Positions 56,201-64,000 of a stretch of DNA of 64,000 bases are shown here, in pieces (position 1 is the stretch's first letter; every line of letters begins with the position of its first letter). The position numbers were made by a program, and so were the translations under genes. Origin of the DNA: Acidobacteriota bacterium (lineage in GTDB: Bacteria > Acidobacteriota > Thermoanaerobaculia > Gp7-AA8); assembly GCA_019244185.1 (NCBI GenBank), contig JAFATB010000014.1, forward strand, positions 512,001 through 576,000. The letters run 5' to 3'. Under the pieces are notes generated by a model, which saw only the letters and a list, made by a program, of their open reading frames with translations, did not search any database and was not told where the DNA came from.

Positions 56201-56865
56201 CGCGCGCGCGGGTCACCGGCCTCACGCCGCTGCTGGTCGTGAGCGACCTGCAGCGATCGCTCGCGTTCTACGAGCAACTCGGTTTCGGCGAGCCGAACGC
56301 GTGGGGCGAGCCGCCGTGCTTCGCGATGATGCATCGCGACGGCTTCGAGCTGATGCTCAGTCTCGTCGAAGGCGACGCCACGCCGCGGCCGAACGGCGCG
56401 AGCGAAGTGTGGGATGCGTACCTGCGCGTCACCGATCTCGCCGCGGAACAGGCGGCGCTCGCCGCCGCGAACATCCGCGTCGACAAAGGTCCGAGCGACA
56501 CGTTCTACAACATGCGCGAGATCGAGATCCTCGATCCCGACGGCTATCGCTGGTGCATCGGACAGGACACGAGCGACATGCCGGAAGTGTGGGAGGGGAC
56601 GCTCGACGTCGGAACGAAACTGCGGCTCGCGCTGCGGATCGCGAAACGCGACGGCGCGTTGCACGTGACGCTCGACAGCATCGACCAGGGCGCGATGAAT
56701 CTGCCGGTGACGGCGTTCACGCGCCACGAGCGCGCGCTGCACTTCGAGCTGCCGGCGATCGGCGCGAGCTACGACGGCGTGCGCAACGAGGAGGATGGTT
56801 CGTTCAGCGGCCACTGGTCGCAACGAGGCAACCAGTGGCCGCTGGTGTGGCGGAAGGTTTCGTAG
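56197..56865 (+). CDS. VOC/glyoxalase family protein fused to a small beta domain
   Basis: VSDLQRSLAFY, MREIEILDPDGYRW, then WEGTL...LDSIDQG...FSGHWSQ. Confidence 0.8.
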   Translation: MTRARVTGLTPLLVVSDLQRSLAFYEQLGFGEPNAWGEPPCFAMMHRDGFELMLSLVEGDATPRPNGASEVWDAYLRVTDLAAEQAALAAANIRVDKGPSDTFYNMREIEILDPDGYRWCIGQDTSDMPEVWEGTLDVGTKLRLALRIAKRDGALHVTLDSIDQGAMNLPVTAFTRHERALHFELPAIGASYDGVRNEEDGSFSGHWSQRGNQWPLVWRKVS

Positions 56866-56869
56866 CGAA

Positions 56870-59269
56870 TCAGCGCACCGCGCGGCGCCGCGTCGGCAGC
56901 ACGATCGCGGGCGTCGACGCGGGACCCACGCCGGCGTCGTTGAACGCGCGGACGCGCAGGCCGACGACGACGCCGGTGAATCCGAAGCGGATCGTGGCGG
57001 CGTGCGTGTTCGCGTCGTACCACCCTTCGACTTCGTTCCAGGTGCCGTCGTTGATGCGGTACTCGATGCGATAGCCGTTCACGGGCTGCGACGGTGCGGT
57101 CCAGTCGACGGTGATCAGGCCGTCGTGCGGCGTCGCCGAAACGCGCGGCACGACGGGCAGCTCGGGCAGCGGAATCGAGTCGGCGATCTGCATCACGATG
57201 CGCCGCGAGCCGTGATGCGGCGCATCGGGCCGCGGTGCGATCGTGATGAGCGCAGCGTTGCCGTCCGGCAGCGCGGTCCATTGCGCGGGAGTATCGGCCG
57301 CGTACGTCGTGCGCAGGGTGACGGTGCCGTCGTGCGCGAGCAGCACGGCCTTTCCGTGATGCGTGATCCCGACGCCGCCGCTCACGGCCCGCACGATCGC
57401 CGCGTTCGTGTAGCGCGGTTGGTCCTGAAGAACAGAGACGGGAGCCCCGACCTTTGTCCCGTCGGCTCCGATGCGTTGCATCAGCTCCTCGGTACCCCTC
57501 TGCCAAACGGCGACGAAGGACTCTCCGTCCCACGCCACGCCGCCCGCCAAATCGATCTCGTCATCGAGAAGGATGGCCGTTCCATCGATGGGCTGGAGAG
57601 CTGGCGTGAGGCGGACCGCCTCGAGGCGAGAAGTTCCCACGTTACAAATCAGGCCGCAGTGCTCGTACGTTTTGCTCCAGACCGCGAGCAGCTCTGTGCC
57701 GTTGAAGGCAATCGTCGCGTCAAAGGGAACGATGTCGTCGACGGTATGCTGGAGAAGGACCGGCGGGAGAAGCGTACCGGAGGGTGTGATCTCGGCGCCG
57801 AGGAGATTGAGCGTGAGGTCGAACCCGACACCATCGGGCGCATCGTCATCCGCCCATCCGACCACGACGTAGCCGCGGCCGTTGGCGGCGAGATCCATCG
57901 GCTCAAATGGCAAGGGACCGGTGGTCCCGGTGAGACGTCCCCGCGAGTCGAAGACGCGGACGACATATTCAAATGACGCATTGCGTACCACGAGCGCGAA
58001 GCCGCTAACGTCGCTCGCAGCGATGAGCGGCGTCTCTCCGTTAGCGACGACGCCCTCAGTCCAGCTTCCGTCACGCTGCCGCAGGCCGATATGCAGTTTG
58101 TTCTCGTCATCCGGCGACTCGTTCCATGCGACGAACGTCGTGTCCGCCGAGGACGCCGCGACGCTGTTCTGTTGATCGGTCGCCGCGATCGCCGCCGGCG
58201 TGCCGTTGCCGGCAGCGGACGCATTGCGCACGACGATGGGGTTGACCGACTCGTACGTTCTCCAGGCGATCGTGACCGCGCCGTTCACCGCGGCGAGACT
58301 GGTCATGGTGTCGAAGTTCACTGCCGCGGTGGGCTCGTTCGCGACGACACGGCCGGCCGTTGCATCGACGCGAACGATCCGCACCTCGTATGATTCCGCG
58401 CCCACGGCGACATACGCCACCGTGTACGACGAGCCGTTCCACACGACGGATGGACTATTGAACGGCACGGTATAAGCCGTCGTGGGCTCCGCGAGCGAGA
58501 ATCTCGGCTCGACCACACCGTCCCGGCGCACGCGCGCCGCGCTCACCTCGCCCAGCTTGTTCGTCCAGACGGCGAGCGCGTCGGATGGGCCGCTCGCGAT
58601 GGCGACACCCGTCGGCTCGAACCCGGACAAGACGCCAGTCTGCGACTCCAGCAGTCCGTTCGCCGTGTACTGAAGCACGCGCACGACGCCGTCGTGGATG
58701 CCGACTCCGGCAAAGCGGCTGCCGTTGGCGGTGAGTTGCTGCGGCCCGTGCGTGGCGGTGCCGTACGGGTCGTTCGTCGCCTGGCCGCTCAGCGTCAGAA
58801 GTTGCGATCGCCATTCGAAGCCGTAGAGGTACGTGAGCAGGAGGTTCTGGCCATTGCTCGCCAGCGCCGGCGCGGAGCCCTGCGTCAGCACGAACGCGGG
58901 GCCGAGCGGCTCGCCGGTCGTGCCGTCGAGGAGGCGGCCATAGATCGTGTACGGATCATTGGTCGCGGTTGCCGCGAGCAGGAACTGCGTGCCGGTCCAC
59001 ACGATCGCCGCCTGATTCGTGGCCGGAAACACCAGCCGTCCGACGCGCTTCTCGCCGTGAGCCAGACGCGTGAAGCGCAATCCGTCCAGCGTGTTCCAGA
59101 GGAGGAAGACGTCGCGGCCGTTGGCGACGAGCTGCGGCCGCGCGTCGTACGCGCCGTAGCGTGTATTCGTGAGGGGAAAGGGGGCGCCGAGGTGCGTGGG
59201 TTGGGCCGTGAGCGTCGTTGCGAGAACGAGCGTGAAGAGCGCGGCGACAGCGGTACGCAGATGCGGCAT
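56870..59269 (-). CDS. Large secreted beta-repeat protein with C-terminal fibronectin type III domain
   Basis: Signal peptide. Repeats of (W/F)(N/D/T)Gxx(F/Y)(L/V)xxW. FN3 motif ITVDWTAP...GYRIEY...VRAFNDAGVG. Ends PTRRRAVR. Confidence 0.8.
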   Translation of the reverse strand: MPHLRTAVAALFTLVLATTLTAQPTHLGAPFPLTNTRYGAYDARPQLVANGRDVFLLWNTLDGLRFTRLAHGEKRVGRLVFPATNQAAIVWTGTQFLLAATATNDPYTIYGRLLDGTTGEPLGPAFVLTQGSAPALASNGQNLLLTYLYGFEWRSQLLTLSGQATNDPYGTATHGPQQLTANGSRFAGVGIHDGVVRVLQYTANGLLESQTGVLSGFEPTGVAIASGPSDALAVWTNKLGEVSAARVRRDGVVEPRFSLAEPTTAYTVPFNSPSVVWNGSSYTVAYVAVGAESYEVRIVRVDATAGRVVANEPTAAVNFDTMTSLAAVNGAVTIAWRTYESVNPIVVRNASAAGNGTPAAIAATDQQNSVAASSADTTFVAWNESPDDENKLHIGLRQRDGSWTEGVVANGETPLIAASDVSGFALVVRNASFEYVVRVFDSRGRLTGTTGPLPFEPMDLAANGRGYVVVGWADDDAPDGVGFDLTLNLLGAEITPSGTLLPPVLLQHTVDDIVPFDATIAFNGTELLAVWSKTYEHCGLICNVGTSRLEAVRLTPALQPIDGTAILLDDEIDLAGGVAWDGESFVAVWQRGTEELMQRIGADGTKVGAPVSVLQDQPRYTNAAIVRAVSGGVGITHHGKAVLLAHDGTVTLRTTYAADTPAQWTALPDGNAALITIAPRPDAPHHGSRRIVMQIADSIPLPELPVVPRVSATPHDGLITVDWTAPSQPVNGYRIEYRINDGTWNEVEGWYDANTHAATIRFGFTGVVVGLRVRAFNDAGVGPASTPAIVLPTRRRAVR

Positions 59270-59328
59270 GACGAGCAATATATGTGGTTATGCCATAAAG
59301 CGCCAGCCCCACCTACAATACGCGCCGC

Positions 59329-60780
59329 ATGAGCGGCGGAATCTCATTCGGGACGGATGGCTGGCGCGCCGTCATTGCGGAAACGTTCACCTTCGACAAC
59401 GTGCGGCGCGTGGCCGACGCCATCGCCGTCGCGGCACGCGGCCTCAAGCCGCCCGACGACATCGATGCGAACGCGCTCCTCGTCGGCTTCGACCGCCGCT
59501 TTCTGTCGCGCGAGTTCGCCGGCGTCGTGGCGGAAGCGCTGCGCGCGGCCGGCTATCGCGTGCTGCTCTCCGATCGCCCGACGCCGTCGCAGACGATCTC
59601 CTTCACCGCGAAACACCGCAAGGTCCTCGGCGGCGTCGTCGTGACCGCGAGCCACAATCCCGCGACGTACAACGGCCTCAAATTCAAAGCGTGGTACGGC
59701 GGCTCCGCGCTGCCCGAGACGTACGCCGCGATCTCCGCGAGCGTCGGGCAACGCGACGCGCGCGACGGCGGCACGATCGAGGAGACGAACATCCTCGACG
59801 ACTACCTCGATGCGCTGCGCGCGCAGCTCGATCTCGCGCTGCTCAAGAACGCGCGCCTCGCGATCCTGCACGATCCCATTCACGGCGTCGCCGCGTCGCT
59901 GCCGTCGAAGATCCTCGGCCTCGACTACACCGGTGCGCATCGCATTCTCGAGCGCGACGCGCGTCCGATCGAGACCACGATCGTCGACGGCATCCGCGGC
60001 GAGGTGAATCCCGGCTTCGGCGGCGTCAATCCCGAGCCGATCCCGGAGAACGTCAACGCCGCGCGCAACGTGATGCTCGCCAACGACTACGACCTCGCCA
60101 TCTGCAACGACGGCGACGCCGACCGCCTCGGCATCCTCGACCAGCGCGGCAACTTCGTCTCGCCGCACAAAGTCATCTCGCTCCTCGCGCTCTATCTCGT
60201 GCGTGAGAAGAAGCGCGCGGGCGAGCTCGTGAAGACGTTCTCCACGACGCGCCTCATCGAGAAAGTCGCGCGCAGCCTCGGCGCGACGCTGCACGAGACG
60301 CCAATCGGGTTCAAGTACGTCGCCGATCTCATGCTGACGCGCGATGTCCTCATCGGCGGCGAAGAGAGCGGCGGCATCGGCATCGGCGCGTTTCTCCCCG
60401 AGCGCGACGGCGTGCTGTCGGGACTCCTCGTCGCGGAAGCCGTCGCGTACTACGGTCTGCCGCTCTCCGATCTCATCGAGCGGATGGAGAAGGAGTTCGG
60501 CGCGCTGCATTACGACCGCCGCGACGTGCATCGTCCGATGGAGCAGTGCGCGCGGCTCATCGAGCGCGTTCGCGCGGGCGCGCTCGACGGCGCGTTCGGC
60601 GTCGCGTTCGCGCGGCTCGAGGAGACCGACGGCGTCAAGATGAACTTCGCGGACGGCTCGTGGCTGCTCTTCCGCAAGTCGGGCACCGAGCCGATCATCC
60701 GCCTCTATTGCGAGAGTCCCGATCCGGAGCTCGTGCAGTCGATGCTGGCCACGGCGATGCGCGAACTGGATCGCGGCTGA
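59329..60780 (+). CDS. Phosphoglucomutase/phosphomannomutase family protein
   Basis: FGTDGWR, TASHNP, DGDADR, GGEESGG, RKSGTEP. Confidence 0.93.
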   Translation: MSGGISFGTDGWRAVIAETFTFDNVRRVADAIAVAARGLKPPDDIDANALLVGFDRRFLSREFAGVVAEALRAAGYRVLLSDRPTPSQTISFTAKHRKVLGGVVVTASHNPATYNGLKFKAWYGGSALPETYAAISASVGQRDARDGGTIEETNILDDYLDALRAQLDLALLKNARLAILHDPIHGVAASLPSKILGLDYTGAHRILERDARPIETTIVDGIRGEVNPGFGGVNPEPIPENVNAARNVMLANDYDLAICNDGDADRLGILDQRGNFVSPHKVISLLALYLVREKKRAGELVKTFSTTRLIEKVARSLGATLHETPIGFKYVADLMLTRDVLIGGEESGGIGIGAFLPERDGVLSGLLVAEAVAYYGLPLSDLIERMEKEFGALHYDRRDVHRPMEQCARLIERVRAGALDGAFGVAFARLEETDGVKMNFADGSWLLFRKSGTEPIIRLYCESPDPELVQSMLATAMRELDRG

Positions 60781-60808
60781 AATGCTAGGATTTCGCGCGG
60801 AGAACCAC

Positions 60809-63172
60809 GTGTCGACACCTGAGACCCAGACCACGCGTACGCAGTTCACGCGCGAGAGCATCATCGAGGATTACCGGATCGCCGTCCGGAGCCGCCACGC
60901 GAGTCTCATCGGCCGGCGCGAAGTGCTGACCGGCAAGGCGAAGTTCGGCATCTTCGGCGACGGCAAGGAGATCGCGCAGCTGGCGTGGGCGCGCGCGTTC
61001 CGCCGCGGCGACTGGCGCTCCGGCTACTACCGCGATCAGACGTTCATGTTCGCCGTCGGCGCGGCCACGCTCGACGAGTTCTTCGCGCAGCTCTACGCCG
61101 ACGCCGACGTCACGCGCGATCCGTGGAGCGCGGGGCGTTCGATGGACGCGCACTTCGCGTCGCGCTTTCTCGACGACGACGGCAACTGGAAGTCGCAGCT
61201 CGACGCCTACAACGTCTCCGCCGACGTCTCGCCGACCGGCTCGCAGATGCCGCGCCTCGTCGGCCTCGGCTGGGCGTCGCGGCTCTACCGCGAGCTCGGC
61301 ATCGATGGCGGCCGCTTCTCGCGCAATGGCGACGAGATCGCGTGGGGCACGATCGGCAACGCGAGCTGCGCGGAAGGGATGTTCTGGGAGTCGCTCAACG
61401 CGGGCGGCGTGCTCGGCATCCCGATGATCGTCTCGATCTGGGACGACGGCTACGGCATCTCCGTGCCGAACGAGCACCAGATCACGAAGGGCGATCTCTC
61501 CGAACTGCTGAAGGGTTTTCAGCGCGAGCCGAAATCGAAACAAGGCTACGACATCTACACCGTCCGCGCGTGGGACTACGCCGCGCTGTGCGAGACGTAC
61601 ATCGCCGCGGCGACGATCGTGCGGCACGAGCACGTCCCCGCGATCATTCACGTCATCGAAGTCACGCAGCCGCAGGGACATTCGACCTCCGGCAGCCACG
61701 AGCGCTACAAGTCGAAAGAGCGGCTCGAGTTCGAGAACGAGTTCGACGGCATCAAGCGGATGCGCGACTGGATGATCGCGCAGGGCATCGCGACGGCCGA
61801 GGAGTTGGATGGATTCGAGAAGGACGACGTGAACCTCGTGCGCGAGGCGCAGCGCCGCGCGTGGGAGGCGTATCGCGCGCCGATCGACGCGGAAGTGCGC
61901 GACGCGATCGGCATTCTCGACCGGCTCGGCGCGCAGGAGCTGAAGAGCGAGCTGCAGCGCACGCAGGCGCCGTATCACCGCGACGCGGTGCGCGCGGTCG
62001 CCAGCGCGGTCATTCAGACGCGCGACGAAAGCGCCGCGGAGTGGCTGCGCGCGCGCATGGCGGAGGGCGACGAGCGCTACGACTCGCACCTCTACAGCGG
62101 CGGCGCGCAGTCCGCGCTGCGCATCGAAGAAGTGAAGGCCGAATACGCGGCCGACGCGCCGTCGCTCAACGGCTTCGAGATTCTTAATCAGTGCTTCGAA
62201 CAGGCGCTGCGCCGCGACGAGCGCGTGCTGATCTTCGGCGAAGACGTCGGCAAGCTCGGCGACGTCAACCAGGGCTGCCTCGGCTTGCAGGAAAAGTTCG
62301 GCGTCTGCCGCGTCGGCGACACCGGCATCCGCGAGACGACCATCGCCGGGCAGGCAATCGGCGCCGCGCTGCGCGGCTTCCGTCCCATCGCCGAGATTCA
62401 GTATCTCGATTACATCCTGTACGCGCTGCAGATCCTCTCGGACGATCTCGCGACGACGCGCTGGCGTTCGGCGGGCGGGCAGAAAGCGCCGGCGATCATC
62501 CGCACGCGCGGACATCGCCTCGAAGGCATCTGGCACTCCGGCTCGCCGATGGCCGGCATTCTCAACCTCGTGCGCGGCATCTACCTCTGCGTGCCGCGCA
62601 ACATGACGCAGGCCGCGGGCTTCTACAACACGCTGCTGCGCGCGGACGATCCGGCCATCGTCGTCGAAGTGCTGAACGGCTATCGCTCGAAGGAAAAGCT
62701 GCCGGCGAACGTCGGCGACTTCACGGTGCCGCTCGGCGTGCCCGAGGTGTTGCGCGAAGGGCGCGATGTCACGCTGGTGTCGTACGGCGCGACGCTGCGC
62801 ATCGTGCAGGAAACGGCGGATCTGCTCGCGACCGTCGGCATCGACGCGGAAGTCATCGACGTGCAGACGCTGCTGCCGTTCGATCTGCGCGGCATCATCG
62901 CGGAGTCGGTGAAGAAGACGAACCGCGTCGTGTTCATCGATGAAGACGTTCCCGGCGGCGCGTCGGCGTTCATGCTGCAGAACGTGCTCGAGCGCGATCG
63001 CGCCTACGAATGGCTCGACTCCGAGCCGCGCACGATCGCGGCGAAGGAACATCGTCCCGCGTATGGCTCCGACGGCGACTACTGGTCGAAGCCGAACCGC
63101 GAGACGATCTTCGCCGGCGTCTACGATCTGATGCGCGAGACGGACCCGCGCAAGTTCCCGCGCATTTTCTGA
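60809..63172 (+). CDS. Fused 2-oxoacid dehydrogenase E1 alpha/beta (branched-chain type likely)
   Basis: GKAKFGIFGDGKE, TPP-binding region, QPQGHSTSGSH, GEDVG, AEIQYLDY. GTG start after GGAGA (alternative ATG 60782). Confidence 0.88.
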   Translation: MSTPETQTTRTQFTRESIIEDYRIAVRSRHASLIGRREVLTGKAKFGIFGDGKEIAQLAWARAFRRGDWRSGYYRDQTFMFAVGAATLDEFFAQLYADADVTRDPWSAGRSMDAHFASRFLDDDGNWKSQLDAYNVSADVSPTGSQMPRLVGLGWASRLYRELGIDGGRFSRNGDEIAWGTIGNASCAEGMFWESLNAGGVLGIPMIVSIWDDGYGISVPNEHQITKGDLSELLKGFQREPKSKQGYDIYTVRAWDYAALCETYIAAATIVRHEHVPAIIHVIEVTQPQGHSTSGSHERYKSKERLEFENEFDGIKRMRDWMIAQGIATAEELDGFEKDDVNLVREAQRRAWEAYRAPIDAEVRDAIGILDRLGAQELKSELQRTQAPYHRDAVRAVASAVIQTRDESAAEWLRARMAEGDERYDSHLYSGGAQSALRIEEVKAEYAADAPSLNGFEILNQCFEQALRRDERVLIFGEDVGKLGDVNQGCLGLQEKFGVCRVGDTGIRETTIAGQAIGAALRGFRPIAEIQYLDYILYALQILSDDLATTRWRSAGGQKAPAIIRTRGHRLEGIWHSGSPMAGILNLVRGIYLCVPRNMTQAAGFYNTLLRADDPAIVVEVLNGYRSKEKLPANVGDFTVPLGVPEVLREGRDVTLVSYGATLRIVQETADLLATVGIDAEVIDVQTLLPFDLRGIIAESVKKTNRVVFIDEDVPGGASAFMLQNVLERDRAYEWLDSEPRTIAAKEHRPAYGSDGDYWSKPNRETIFAGVYDLMRETDPRKFPRIF

Positions 63173-63504
63173 TGACGACTCCCGCGCGCACGCCCGAGCC
63201 TCCGTACTACGCGGTCATCTTCACCTCGCGTCGCACGGAAGGTGACGACGGCTACGGCGACATGACCGCGAAGATGATGGAGCTCGCGCCGCAGCAGCCC
63301 GGCTTCCTCGGCGTCGAGTCCGCGCGCGGCGCCGACGGCCTCGGCATCACGGTCTCGTACTGGGAGAGCGAGGAAGCGATCGCGAACTGGCGCAGCCACG
63401 CGGAGCATCGCATCGCACAGGCGAACGGCCGCGGCCGCTGGTACGCGGAGTTCGTCACGCGCGTCGCGAAAGTCGAGCGCGCGCGGTCGTTCGCGCGGGA
63501 GTAG
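63172..63504 (+). CDS. Antibiotic biosynthesis monooxygenase (ABM) family protein
   Basis: PPYYAVIFTS, QPGFLGVES, GITVSYWES, EHRIAQ. TGATG coupling. Confidence 0.88.
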   Translation: MTTPARTPEPPYYAVIFTSRRTEGDDGYGDMTAKMMELAPQQPGFLGVESARGADGLGITVSYWESEEAIANWRSHAEHRIAQANGRGRWYAEFVTRVAKVERARSFARE

Positions 63505-63515
63505 ACTTCGGGGCG

Positions 63516-64000
63516 ATGCTCGCCGAGCTGCTTCTGAAGTGGCCGTTGCTCCGCCAGATGCGCGGCGGCGGCGACGGCACCGGTGCCGAGGCGCTGAGCG
63601 AGCGGACGCGAGGACTGCGCAAGAAGAATGAAGAGACGCAGGTCGCGCGGTCGATTTGTCCGTATTGCGCCGTCGGTTGCGGACAGCTCGTCTTCCACCG
63701 CGAGAACAAAGTCGTCAGCATCGAAGGCGATCCCGCGTCGCCGATCTCGCGCGGACATCTGTGTCCGAAAGGCGCGGCGAGCCACGAGCTCGTAACGCAC
63801 GCGGGACGCGCGACGAAGGTGAAGTACCGCGCGCCGTACGCGAGCACGTGGAGCGAGCTCGATCTCGAGACCGCGACGGCGATGGTCGCGGATCGCATCT
63901 GGGATTCGCGCAACCGCACCTTCGACGCGGATGCGAATCACACCACCGGCGTCGCGCACCTCGGCGGTGCGACGCTCGACATCGAAGAGAACTACCTCAT
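63516..64000 (+). CDS. Formate dehydrogenase alpha subunit, N-terminal part (runs off the window)
   Basis: Translated by hand (absent from the ORF track): SICPYCAVGCG...IEGDPASPISRGHLCPKGA...LGGATLDIEENYL, a molybdopterin oxidoreductase 4Fe-4S motif. Confidence 0.88.
   Translation, partial: MLAELLLKWPLLRQMRGGGDGTGAEALSERTRGLRKKNEETQVARSICPYCAVGCGQLVFHRENKVVSIEGDPASPISRGHLCPKGAASHELVTHAGRATKVKYRAPYASTWSELDLETATAMVADRIWDSRNRTFDADANHTTGVAHLGGATLDIEENYL

Overview
High-GC, gene-dense bacterial chromosomal segment with about 65 CDS. I saw no rRNA, tRNA, CRISPR array, integrase or transposase. The protein style suggests Acidobacteriota, possibly Thermoanaerobaculia; this is inference only. Core content: the rimP-nusA-infB-DUF503-rbfA-nrnA-truB-rpsO-pnp cluster (interrupted by a TetR-controlled five-gene cassette and by an MNT-HEPN toxin-antitoxin pair), hemL, nth, ftcD with a HutG-like ureohydrolase, ftsEX, crcB, a MacAB-like ABC exporter, a two-component system, purine nucleoside phosphorylase with NupC, a phosphoglucomutase, a fused 2-oxoacid dehydrogenase E1, and the start of a formate dehydrogenase alpha subunit. 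Most interesting: (1) three unrelated signal-peptide proteins end in a short basic tail with no transmembrane helix (PPKRRAVH*, PTRRRAVR*, MHRSVHH*), a candidate undescribed C-terminal sorting or anchoring signal; (2) a MerR operon with a 20-bp-spacer promoter, flanked by two paralogous secreted proteins, one His/Cys-rich and one with most His replaced, plus an FGE-domain lipoprotein; (3) -10 hexamers 6-11 nt before many start codons, suggesting widespread leaderless transcription; (4) a duplicated element in the NusA N-terminal domain, an inverted heptamer-repeat hairpin after infB, a two-way sigma54-like palindrome, and several clear operators. Many long ORFs in the track are antisense or alternative-frame artefacts of GC bias. 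Several starts were reassigned by hand.
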